The notes beneath the pieces were generated by a model. That model saw only the letters and a program-made list of their open reading frames with translations. It had not been told where the DNA came from and made no database searches. Shown in pieces: positions 1 to 12,534 of a DNA stretch of 64,000 nucleotides (position 1 is its first letter; each line of letters begins with the position of its first letter). A program made the position numbers and the translations under genes. The stretch is from Balamuthia mandrillaris (lineage: Eukaryota), in NCBI GenBank assembly GCA_031835245.2, contig JAVKOQ020000041.1, positions 124,001 through 188,000 on the forward strand, in the 5' to 3' direction.

Positions 1-1599
1 GCTTGCACATCATCAATCAACTTAGTGATGTCTCCTTGATAAAAGGCAACACATGCGCCAGCGTAAACGCTCACTGTTTGAAGCAAGCGCTCATACACAT
101 GAGCCTATATGATAAAGATAACATTAACACGGAAACCAAAAAAGAAACTGAGCGGGAGGGAGAGCGAGAGTACCAAGGGTAAGTAGCTGAGATGAACATC
201 ATTGGTGTATACAGGAGCAGCATGAGCGCAGCCAGCCAGACCCGCAATGAAGCTTTGGTGAGAAAGCATCACGCCCTTGGGGTCTCCAGTTGTGCCGCTG
301 GTGTAAAGGATAGTGGCCAAGTCTTCCGGCTTTGGTGGAGTGTGCGGTGCCTTTCTGAGAGCTCCCTAATGCATAGAAGAAACAAGAATAAAGCAAAAGA
401 TAAGGAGAACAGGAAACAAACAATCAATCAAAACAAAACAGGGTGTTTCGACGTACATCTTTCAATAAGTCTTCGTACTCCAACAGTTTGGTATTAGTGT
501 CTTTCAATATAGAACGATCCTCCTTTTGTCTGTAACTCTCTGTATCACAATATCAAAAAACAAAAGAAAACAAAAACAAAAAAGAATGGTGTGTGAACAA
601 ACAAGCAACCAAACAGGAGTAACATCAAATCAATAGTTACCGCCTTCCTTTGCCAACAGGGACCAATCCTCCATCTGAATAACAAAACGTAGACTCGGGC
701 ATGCTTTGGAAATTTCCAACACCTGGAATAACGATTTAAATATACAAGATACAGCAGAAAAAGACAAGGAAACGTATTGGGAGGAAAAGAAAGCACAAAC
801 CCTTGCAGCTTTGTCACGGCTGCAAACCACAGCAACCACCTCTGCGTGATTCAGGATGAACTCCGCCGATTCGTAGCCTGATGTGTATTCATGATGATCA
901 TTGTGGTGAGAGAGCAACAAGGGCAGAAGAGAACGACACAACAGAACAAAAGAGAGAAGAGAGAGACCTAAAGTATCATAGAGTGAAACGGTGGGCAAAG
1001 CCTGCATCTGGCAGGCCAACTCTGTGATGGCGACTTCCTCCCTATTGATCGAGTAATAGGCCACATTGTTGCCCTGATAGTTTTTGTAAACTGTTTTGTC
1101 AACCACAAAACCCAGCAAAACGCAAAGAAATGGAAAAAAAGGAAAGGAGACAACGTACAGGACGAAGACCAAGATTATACAGAGCAGAGGCCAGGGCGTC
1201 GGCTCTCCTGTGTGCCTCCTCATAGGTGATAAACTGGTAGTCCCCTCGCGACACGCCATCCCTCAGATGCTTCCTCGTGCCGTAGCAAGGGTTCTTTGGG
1301 TAGAGCCTCACCGCCCGCTGAAAGTTGTGGTAGAGGGTGAGGACCTCCCCGTCGACGCACGTGATGAGGCGGTCGGGGGAGAGGGGGCTGCGGTGGGGGT
1401 AGCCCTCCTCCTCCCCCTCCGCGTTTTGGGTGATGCCGTCGCGGAAGCGGAGTTCCCTGCCGTCCGCTGGAGGCGGAGAAGCCGAGGGATCTTCTTCGGC
1501 GCTGTTTACGGCAGCGGGATAGAGCAGCGAGGAGGAAGAGGGAATGAAGAATTCCTCTGGTGGTTGTTGTTGGTGATCTCTCCTCCAATGGGCTTCCAT
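1..1599 (-). CDS. Long-chain acyl-CoA synthetase (AMP-binding family), multi-exon, 3' part runs off the window start
   Basis: Exons encode [45 protein letters not shown] (AMP-binding motif) and HLSYLPL; first ATG at 1599. Confidence 0.92.
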
Positions 1600-2074
1600 G
1601 TTCACTGTGTAGCTGTTCTTGTTGGTTTTTTCTACATCATAACATCGACATTCATCAAAGAATCAGAATCAGATTTCAGATGCCAAAGGACGACGAAATG
1701 CAATCATCAGCCGTCGAAAAAAAAATACAGGCCGATGTGAATCACATTCATGCACACACAAAAATGAATAAGAGTGGAGAAAAAAAAGCAAACCTTTCCT
1801 TCCGAAAAACGCTGTTTTGCACTGGATAAAGTTAAGTGTGTGTCACGCTGCCAAAAGCTCACCAGCAGCAACAGCACTACCCTCTTCTTCTTCTTCCTCG
1901 TTGAATTTGCGTTTTTTTGTTGTCGGCGAACAAATCCCCCACCAATCGCCTTTCAGAAATTGAGATCGATTACACGCATTTTCCAGTAAAATTTCAAAGT
2001 TTGAAATTAACATGAAAAAGCGTTTTGTCACAACCAGGAGTCGAACCCGAACAAAACGGGAAAAGAAAGAAAAG

Positions 2075-2695
2075 ATGAGTTTGTTCGGAGGAGCTTCGTT
2101 CAGCTTCAACTTCCAAAAGGTTCTCTCTTTTCCTTCTTTTCTCTCTTGCTGCTTGTGAAGTGTGCACTGACGAAAGGCCATGCACGCAAGACGGAGCAAG
2201 GAGAGCTTCAAGCAAAGCCGCAAACATGCGAGGAAACGCCCGGCCCGTTGGGCTTGCGACCGGCCGAAGAGGTGGCCCCCTGGGAGGAGAGCGCGTTCGA
2301 TGTGGACGAGTCTCATGCGCAGGTTTGTGTGTGGTTTTAAACGTGCTTTGCAAAAAAGCGTGGAGCTCCCCACTTACCAAGCGTGGAGCAAAACAGGTGG
2401 AAACCATTCGCTTCTCGGAGGATGTCTTCCTGCGGAAGCTCAAGCTGAGCGATGCATTTCTTCGTAGTTCACTACAGGGCATGGAAGCACAAAAAGGGTC
2501 TTCTTCTTCTTCAGAACTAGGATCAACCGCTACAGTACGAGGTTTTAACTCACTCCCGCTCTCTCTTCTCGCTTCTCGCTTCTCGCTTCTCTCTGCTCTC
2601 TCTCTCTGCTCTCTCTGCTCTCTCTCTGCTCTCTCTCTCTCTCTCTCTCTCTGCTCTCTCTGCTCTCTCTGCTCCCTCCTCCCTCTCTGCTCTCC

Positions 2696-2736
<41 letters not shown>

Positions 2737-2899
2737 TTCTCTCTCTCTGCTCTCTCTCTCGCTTTCTTCATACCGAACTGACTTTTGGGTGATTGGTTTG
2801 TGAACTGTTGTGCCGACAGTTTCGGATGTGTTGGGTCACTCTGACCTTCTTTCTGGAGTTTATGAAGGTCACTATCTCCCTCTCCTACTTCTCTGGTTG

Positions 2900-2945
<46 letters not shown>

Positions 2946-3903
2946 CCACTCTCACCGAAATACGAACCGCGAAACAGGCGGCTTCAAGCAATGGGAGTGT
3001 TCGGTCGACCTGGTGCATTTTCTTATGAACGAAATGGCTCATAAAGAAGACGTCAGTGCATCCCCTATGCGAGTTTTGGAATTGGGTTGCGGACAGTCCC
3101 TTCCCGCCCTTTACATGTTGAAATACCAAGAAGCCACTGTACATTTTCAGGATTATGTGCGTTAATCTCCAACAGTTTACTTTTATACAAGACTCTCTTC
3201 TAATGCTGGTATTCCTATTCTTTATTGGTGCTGTCTCTTTCCTCTTCTTTCCCTTTCTCTTTATACTTGATAGAATACAGAGGTGCTGCGGCTATTGACC
3301 ATACCAAACACATTGCTAAATTGTGGTACTGGTTCAGTTTCAGAAAAGCGGCTCCAAATACAGAAACAGAAAGAGAAAGAAGGAACAAACCTCGTATCGT
3401 TGACAGATTCCCACAAACAGTTTTTCAAGGAGAGGGACATTCGCTTCTTTGCGGGCGATTGGCAACTTTTAGAGGTTAAACTTTTCTTCTTTTCTTGTCA
3501 TTGCCTCTTCATCTTGTGTCTTCTTTTGCATATACTTAATTTTTCATATGAAAGTACAGACTATGATAGAAAGGCAAAGCTACGATATGATTCTTACAAG
3601 CGAAACAATATATAACACACAAAACATATCTAAGCTTTATTCCCTCATTAAGCATGCTCTCAAGCCATACGGTGTATGGTATTGAAACATCTGTTCATTC
3701 TCGTTTTAACCTATCTCTAATAGCTTTTCTCAACAGTTTTGCTGCTGCAAAGACGTATTACTTTGCAGTAGGAGGTGGTTGTCGACAATTTGAGAACATT
3801 GTGAAGGAGGATGGCTTCTTTGACATCTCAACGGCTAAACTCATCGACGGTATGTCCATTCCTATCTTCATCCCTCTCATTCTTTTTTTTTTTGGACACT
3901 AAG

Positions 3904-3941
<38 letters not shown>

Positions 3942-4004
3942 CATTCAGATGGTACGTCCAATAGACGGGAAATACTGAAGTTGACTCGCTCTTCTTCACA
4001 GTAA
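2075..4004 (+). CDS. METTL18: Histidine protein methyltransferase 1 (METTL18/HPM1), multi-exon
   Basis: Spliced exons give MSLFGGASFSFNFQK...SDLLSGVYEG/GFKQWECS...RVLELGCG...HFQDY...TIPN...FFAGDW...ILTSETIYN...AAKTYYFAVGGG...REILKL; TAA at 4002-4004. Confidence 0.9.
2560..2762. repeat. Compound (CT)n/CTCTG microsatellite inside a METTL18 intron
   Basis: Directly visible run of ctct/ctctg units. Confidence 0.9.
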
Positions 4005-4305
4005 CAAAATGAAAGCAACAAACTTGAAACAAACAAAGGTTTCAACAAGAAGAGGAAAAAAAAAAAAAGAAGAAAAAGCGAAAAGAAAAAAGGAAAATCA
4101 AGAGCGTCTGCTGGATTTGAACCTACGCTGTGAATCATCTGGCATGTCCGATCCATAGGCTGACGTGGCATCATTGGATTGGCCATCTTTTGAATTAAAT
4201 TGACAATCTGATCTCAAAAAAAAAAGGAAAAATAAACAATAAAAGAAAGGAAAGGAAGAGAGAAGGAAACGGTGGTGAGAGTGCAAACAAAACAAACCCG
4301 CAAAC

Positions 4306-4753
4306 ATGACCGAGTTGAGCGCTACCGAATTGGGAGACATGGTTTTTGGGGTTGGTTTTTGTTTGGTTTCTTGCTTGTAAGATTGATGTAATCTTTATAT
4401 TATTATATTATTTTTTTTTGTTCTACTACGCTTTTTTTTATTTTGGTTTTAACTGCTTCATCAAAATCAGACCTATTCCGAAAATTGGGAAGGCAAACAA
4501 GTGCAAGACAGAGGGGATAAGTATCATTTTGAAGTGGAAGTGCCGAAGGGCACGAACAAGTTGACGGTCCGTTACCACCGGCAAGGAGCGCGCAGCCGTG
4601 CCGACAGAGATGAACTTGAGCTGACCTTTGACATTGATAAGGCTATTCAAGAAGAGGTTCCGTTCTTTTTGTTTCTTTTCTTTCAGCCTTTGCTCCGTTC
4701 GCCTTGTCTTATTTCTTCTCTATTCTTTGTCTTTTTTGTGTTCCTTTCTACTG

Positions 4754-4792
<39 letters not shown>

Positions 4793-5078
4793 TTTCGTTT
4801 CTTTCTTTTGGTCTCATGATTGCGTTGTTCAACAGGTAAAAATAACTCTTTACTGTGTGAACGGTGAGGGTCAATACACAGCTTCCAGTGAGCAGAGAAA
4901 CAAACCCGCCATCAACCCCTCCTCGCAGCTTTCCAACCAAGAAATGGTCTGCTTCGTGACTGGCACGCAAATGGTTTTCGGCATTGACATTCCCCACGTC
5001 ATGCTCCAAGACTGCAACCTCCAAAAGAGAAAACTTCGAAGACCTCTCACCGCCGAAGAGATGTCCGTTCGGAAATGA
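4306..5078 (+). CDS. Hypothetical protein, 3 exons
   Basis: MTELSATELGDM / TYSENWEGKQVQDRGDKYHFEVEVPKG...KAIQEE / VKITLYCVNG...EEMSVRK*; phase-compatible GT-AG introns; no family recognised. Confidence 0.7.
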
Positions 5079-5282
5079 ACGAATTCATTCTTCAACCAAA
5101 CTAACAAACTATGACCCTATTCTTCTGTATTTCTGCTTGTTGTGCCGTTCTATTGTTTGTTTCTTTCTTATGGTTTTTTGTTGCTTTTTCTTTGCTTCTT
5201 TTATTTTTTCTTATCCTGTGGCTTTCATTCTTGTTCTTCCACTCAGTCATTTTATTTTTCATTTCCCGTTCTTTTTTTTTTG

Positions 5283-5988
5283 TCACTCCAGATAAACGCC
5301 ATAACTTCCCACAAAGAGTTTTCCCTGCCATCTGCGCCTCTCCTCCTCCGAAAGTTGGTATGTCTCCGCGCAGCTGTTAATCCTCTCCGCCAAGGCCAGC
5401 ACCTCCCGCCTCTCCTCTCCCTCTGCCAAGGGCTGCAACTCCAGGAACTCGCCCGTGTTGAAGCCATTGGTGGGCATGCTCATGGGCTCCAACGCGATGC
5501 TCCTCCTGTTGGGCGGTGTGTAGATCTGCAAGTACGGATAGGCCTCTTGCTCTTGCCACAAGACGATTGTTGGGGTGGATGAAGAAGAGGAGCTCAGCTT
5601 GCAAAGGACTTTGTTGTTGTTGGAGGCGGTGGATGGTTCTTTGTTACCAACGAAGAAGCCGGTGTCGAAGGAGAGGCCGGAAAGGGATTGTTGTTGCATG
5701 CCGGACCACGCACTTCGTTCGCCAGTTGGGATCATCCGTTCGTTCACCAACAGCTGTTCAAATTGCGAGGAAGTCGAAGGTGGCGAAGTAGTAACGGTAA
5801 GACAGAGGTCGTCCAAGGGGATGTTTGTTGGTTCTTCCTTGTCCTCTGCTTCTTGCTCACTCTTGGCCAAAAGTTTGACGTAAGGATGCCATCCATCCCC
5901 AAAAGGCAGGGGCTCTTTACCGACGTTATAGGCCTTTGTTTGGTTCGAGAAGAAAGGGTAGAAAAATGAGAGAGACGAATCAACAAAG

Positions 5989-6024
<36 letters not shown>

Positions 6025-6407
6025 GTGAACGAACGGTGGTGGTGACAGTCAAGCCAGCGCCTCTAACCAAGCGATGGTTGACCTCCACATAGAGCTCAAA
6101 GGGATAGCCCTCGTCCTTGCCGTCAAAGCGATAGCTCAACAGGGCCTGCGCCACGTTCTCCGTGCAGTGCAGGCAGTTTACCTGCATGGTCTTTTTGGGG
6201 AGCAGGCCATGGATGGCGTTGTTGCGGGCGGTCTCGTTGATGGGCAGCTGGTGCTTCTTTCCTGGGGGTAGTTCGTACTCCCCATTGTCCACCCTGTTGG
6301 GCCATGGGATCTGTGCTTCCGATAAGTAACAAAAAAAAAAAAAAAAGGATAACACTGCAAGAAGAGAGAAGCAACAAACCAACTTCAAGCCAGCTGAACC
6401 GACTCCT

Positions 6408-6450
<43 letters not shown>

Positions 6451-6785
6451 ACAGAAAGTAAGAAAAATGTCAGAAAATAAACGCAGTGGGGAAACTTGCG
6501 TGGCAGGGAGCTCTATGACGGACCTTCAGTCTGAAAGATTTCAGCGAGGTCAGAGCTACCGGGGGATGAGGGCAGCGCGAGTTCCAAGACGGTGCCGCCG
6601 AGCAAGGATATCCTGCAGTACGCCCCGTTGGTCTCATCCATAAGGAGCACCGTCGAGTCGTGGGCGCTGCCAGGAAGCGACACCCAACAGGCCTTCATGC
6701 CCTTCAGCTCCGAGGAGGTGTCAGGAGGAGCGCCACCTCTTGAAGTGGAGTTGAGGCGCACGGGAGCAGGAGAAAGCTCCATCAT
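5283..6785 (-). CDS. Aldose 1-epimerase (galactose mutarotase-like) family protein, multi-exon
   Basis: Motifs IPWPNRV, NNAIHGL, YPFEL, PFGDGWHPY and LQIYTPPNRRSIALEPMS. Confidence 0.9.
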
Positions 6786-7475
6786 TTTTTTTTTCCCCCT
6801 CACTTGTGTGTTATTTTGCGTGTCCAACAAATGAAAACTGGGCAAATCCTCCACTCGCGAGTGATGGTGGGCGTGGGTTTCTTAAAACTGACATATGGCC
6901 TTATTTGGGCGTTGCTAAGGATACGTTATGGGTTTGGTTTCAAACGTCCAATCAAAAATCATAAATATACCAAAAATTTTCGAAGAATTTAAATAAATTC
7001 TTCGAAACTAAACATTTTTTGGATCGAAACCGTCTGCAAGAAAACCAAAACCAAAGATTCTCCGATGTGGGCAAATGCCACTTCCCGTCTGCCCGGCAGC
7101 GTACCCAGAGTTCCCGTATCGTGTTGCATTGCACCCTCAGAATAGACGAGTTGATGACGGGGGCAGCCTCGCCTGCAGGTCTAATGCCCCTGTATTTTGT
7201 TTTACTTGGAAATTGTTGCGCATGCGTTGGTAATTCCAGGAACGATTTGTTTCCAAAGTTTTTTTTTTTGGAATTTTTCCGCGGCAATGAAATGTTTGAG
7301 CTGTTTTCTTTTCATTATCTATTAGGGGGTTTGTTAGTTAGTTTGACGAGGAGGAGCACAAATCAGCCACAACCAACCACCACCACGACGACACCAAATA
7401 AACTTTAAATAAACGCACAAACGCAGACGCACGGACAACCCAACCTTTTCTTGCGGCGAAAACCGGTAACGACGA

Positions 7476-9930
7476 ATGGAAGAAGCAGAAGCCCAGACGA
7501 ACGGCACTGCCGCCGCCGCGGCTCACAAGACGAAAAAAGTTGTTGCTGCCGGGGAAGCGGAGGAAGAGGAAATGGAGGTTGAAAGCAAAGAAAAAGACAA
7601 GGAAGAGAGCGAAGAAGAGGAGGAGAAGGAAGAAGAAGCAGCTGAAGAAAAGGAGCCAGCGGAGGAGGAAGAGGAGGAGGAGGAAGAAGAAGAGGAAGAA
7701 GAAAAGCCGAAACCCAAACGAAAGACCGGTACTAGGGGCAAGAAAAAACCTCCCCCAAAGCAAACAAAACCGCGCTCCAAAGCCAAAGGCAAAGGCAAGC
7801 ACAAAGAACGCCGCTCCGAAACGTTGGAACAGATGCTCGTCAAGGTTAGCGTTTTCTTCCATGTTTTTTTTAAACAACTATTACCTGGTTTTTTTTTTCA
7901 CTCACTGAGGTAATGCCAGACCAATGAAGTCTATTCCGCGGACGTGTTGAAGCCAACGCTCATGGGAGGCGACTTTGTGGCCGTCAACCCAGCGGAGGAT
8001 GAGATGGAGGAGGCCGAGTCCTTCTGGGTAGCCCTCCTGCGGGAGGACGTAATACAGCCGGTAATGGAGGACGTGCACGTCAGCTGGTTGGACATCGAGC
8101 CCAACGCGGAGGAGACCCAGGAGGAGGGAGAGCAGGTTTTCTACTTCTCAGGCAACTACGGCACCATCCCCGTGGCCAGCATCTTTTGTCGCATCCGCAA
8201 CAAAGGCCTGGTGGAACTGGATGAGGAGAAGGGCATTAGGGTGCTCAAGCAGGAGGTCCAGAGGTTGGTGCACGTCAAGGAGAGGCAGTTGACGGAGGGC
8301 GGTGGCCCTGAGGAGATCGAAGAGGATGAAAATGACAAGGAGAAGAGCATTCGCCGTCGAAAGCAGAAGAAAGGAGAGGATGAGGAGGAAGAGGAAGACG
8401 AAGAAGACGAAGAAGAAGAGGATTATGAATACTCGACCTCTTCCAAGAAGAGAAAGAGAAGACAGAGCGGGGCTGGTGCTTCTACTCCTCGTCGCAAGGG
8501 TGGCCGCAGTAGTGCCGCATCCACGCCAAGAAAGAGGAGAAGCACCCCTGCCACTCCACGAAAGAAAAAGACAGATGAAGATGGTGAAGAAGCCGCCACA
8601 CCGAAGCGCAAGACCAGAAGAGCTTCAACCGGAAAAGCTCCAGCCAAGAGAGCTCGTAAAGAAAAGTTTGTTTTCTTGTCTTTTGCCTTTCTTATCTTAT
8701 TATTTTTTTTTTGTTTGCCAACTCGACTTGAACAAAACAAAGGCCTGCAGCAAAGAAGAAGAAGATCAAGTTTGGGGAACCGCAAGAGGACATTCCTCTG
8801 TTGGAGGAGGATCCCACGTGGGACTCGACCAGCGACACACCTTTCTTTGTTGAACTGGAGAAGGCTCACACGAGCGGTACTCTTTCTTCCTTTTCAGAAC
8901 CAACGCTTATTATTTCCACTTCGCCTTACCTCTTCCTGCGTCTTTCATTTTATTACCATCAGATGAGGACTATTCTTTTGCTGCGTCCTGCTCTACTGTC
9001 TCTGCAAGTAGGGAAGTTATTCGAGCTGTGCTCACCAACAACCTGACGTTGTTGAAGACCCTTTTGGCCGATGCAAAGCACGTGCACTCTATCTTTATAC
9101 CTAGGAGCCCTGATATTGAATTGTCTGCTGTCGCCTATGCTATCATCAATGAAAACATTGAAGGTTTTTTTTTTCTTTCTTTCTTTCACTCTTCTTAGTC
9201 TCCTCTTTCTCATCACCCTCTTTTCTTTCCAAATTCTTTCAATATTCTTTGTTGCCACATAGCTTTGAAGCTGTTTAAAGAAGATCAGGAGAAGCCTTAC
9301 CAAGAGAAAGTACAGAGAACTTCCCCTACCGTTCCAACTTTGGCAAAACGCAATACTGGAGGTTACAGTAACTACACTTATGTATGTGCACCTTTTGTTT
9401 GCCTCGTCTGCTTGTTATCTTACCCTTCTTCTAGGGTCATCGAGTGAGAGCTTTGACCTCCGGTAGAGGCAACCGAGAAGGCAACGATGCCTTCGCTGCT
9501 GATCTTGCCACCGCCTACTCCACTCACTACTTTTCGCTGCCCTATGACTTCCTGATGCAGACGCCCGTTTCCACCAAGTTTCTCGACGAGCTTACGCTCT
9601 GGAACCCTGAAATCACGAGGTTCATGTATGACCACGTGGTTAAAGCAGTGGAGCTCGGCCACAGGGAAGTTGCGTCTTACGTGGTTGAAAGGCTGGTCAA
9701 GGACGAAGGTTATGGCTTTAACTTTCTTCACTCTCAAGTGTTGAAATATGACGGAACGGAGGAGTTAGACACATTTCGGTTCGTGCTTTCTGATTATTTT
9801 GTCTTTTAACGTTTGCAAGTTTGGTTAATGTAGACATATAGAGCTATCTCAGTAACTAAGAAGCCGAACCAATCTAACTTTGGTGTTACTCCATTGCACA
9901 TGGCTTGCATCAACCCGAATCCCAAGTAAG

Positions 9931-9965
<35 letters not shown>

Positions 9966-10911
9966 GTTTTACTCAGCGATGCTCTCATTCTTTCACAATT
10001 CAGATACTTGAAGCAACTGCTTGAGATGAAGCAGGAACCAAAGCTAGAGGATGAAAGGCGCAGACAACTTGTTCACTATGCTGCTGCTTGTTGTGGAGAT
10101 GGTCCTCTTAAGCTTTTGTTAGAAGAACATCAAGTGGATGTTGCTTGCTTCGACGCCAAAAAAACTCTTCCTTTAATGCTTGCTGCCAAGGTTCACATTT
10201 TTTATTTTTTATTTCTTTTAAAACTTTTATCTCACTTGTAAAACCACCTTAGGCTGGACGAGCTCACAACATTCCGCTTTTGATTGGAAAGTCTGATACC
10301 AAGTCACTAGTTGACAACAAGGACAAGTTTGGAAATGCTGCTTTGCACTATGCCGTTCTTGAAAACCACCCTGAAAGTACGTCATTCATCGATAATCAAT
10401 TGTATTTTTCTCAAACCTTTTGAATATAACTATTCGTTGTTCTTTAAGCTGTGCAAGCGCTTATTGACAACGGAGCCAATATCAACATTACGGATAGAAC
10501 TAGATGCACTCCTCTTGCTTTAGCTGCTATGAAAGGTCACCTTGAATGCGTTAAAGGTAGTGACTAACACTTTATTTAACCACTCGACCTTTGCTCATCT
10601 ATTAATACAACAAAACGCTTTAACATACTTAGTTTTGGTGGAAAATAAATGCGACATCACCAAGGTTGACAAGTATGGTCGCACAGCAGCTATTCTGGCC
10701 GCAAAGAACGGCAACCTGAAAGTGTTGAGCTATTTGGTGCACATGGGTTCTGATCCTAATGCCTGTGACTCCTCTGACAACTCTGCCATTCATTATGCTG
10801 CTGCCTTTGGTTGGAGAGAATGTGTGAAGTACCTTGTCTCAGTGGGTGCAAATGCTAATGCTCTTAACGCATGGTTTGTTTTCATTCCTTTCTTTTGTCT
10901 CATGTTCTTTT

Positions 10912-10950
<39 letters not shown>

Positions 10951-11557
10951 TGGGCAGGAAAACGACGCCGTTAGCCATATCTGTCATGAAAGGACATCTC
11001 GACATTGCTGATCTGTTGCTAGATCAAGAGGTTTCTCTCGCCTTGTTCTTCTTCTTCTCCTTCTTCTCCTTCTTCTTCTTTTTTCAGTAAACTTATCTCC
11101 ATTACCAAGGGAGTGGATGTTAACATAACCAATGAAGAAGGCCGCACTCTCGTCGCCCAACTATGTTCCACCTTACAAAAGGGCACTTACCAACAACTCA
11201 AGTACCTCATCACCAAGAAAGAAGCCGACGTCACTATCGCTGATGTCAACGGTGAAACGCCACTTCACATCATCTCCAGCAACGATGACCAAGACACATC
11301 AAAAGCCATTGTTAAGATTGCCAAATTGTTGGTGGATAATGGTGCCAACGTTAATGCTGTTACGTTCGAGCAAAAGGACTCTCCTTTGAACTTTGCTGTT
11401 GCCCGTTTCAACGAGCCGCTCATTTTCTTTTTGATGGAAAACGGAGCAAAGCCTGAAGAGATAGTTTCTTCGGATGGCGCCAACATTCTTCATAAACTCA
11501 CGCCCCATATCATGAATTGTGACATCCTTCCTATATTCCGTCTTATTGCAAGTTTGT

Positions 11558-11604
<47 letters not shown>

Positions 11605-12502
11605 GTAGCCCTTTCATTAACTTATTCTCTATCTTTGTCGTTTAGAAAATCCGCAGTTCAAACTAATGGCTAACAAAGTGGATGACCAAGGCTTTACCCC
11701 CTTCCTTCGTTACGTGCAAATGTATGCCTCATGGAATCGACCCGACTTCTCCAACATTATTCAAAAACGAATTAGCGCCGGAGGAGGAAACAACAACACC
11801 TTTGGCCGTGGGAGAGGCAAAGCCGGTCGTTCCGTATGGAACAATTCACCGACTTATAACTCTTCTTCCTCTGTCTCTTCCGTCCCTCCTACCAAAATTT
11901 ACAGGATTATCAAGAAGATATTAGGCTATGAACCAACTTCTACAATCTCTCTTACCATCCAGCAGACAAACAAGATCGAGCAAGACATCCGGGAGGAGTT
12001 CAAACAATTTTTGGTGGAGTTCATCAAAGCGGCTGGCTTGGACGTGTCATTCCCAGTTCAACGCCTTCGCAAGAAGGTGGAATGGGAAGAAAAGCAAAAG
12101 GCAAAGCAAGAGAAGTTATTACAACAAAAGAAAAAACAAAAGGAGGAAGCGCTCAAGCAAGCTGAAGGAGCCGAAGAAGAAGGAGGTGAAGGAGAGGAAG
12201 AGGGCTCAGAATCCGCTCCTGAGGAAGCCGATGAAGAAGAAAAGCCGGAAGAAGATCTTTCCAAGTCTCCCAACTATGCTGCCGGCGTTGCAAAGTATAC
12301 TGCTTTACACTTCCTTGCCAAGAACAGCTCAACTTCGAAACTAGCCAAAAAGTTGATAGACTTAGGAGCTGACGTCAACGCACGAACGGATGAAGAGGAA
12401 GATTCTGCTGTTACACCCTTCCTTATGGCCCTTAACTCTAGAGCTCATGCTATGGTTAGTTTGCCATTTCTTTTTGTGGTTGCATTTGCTAACACATTTT
12501 TA

Positions 12503-12534
<32 letters not shown>

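Noticed and set aside
4095..4195. Possible tRNA around GGTTCAAATCC
   Set aside because: I could not fold acceptor, D or anticodon stems
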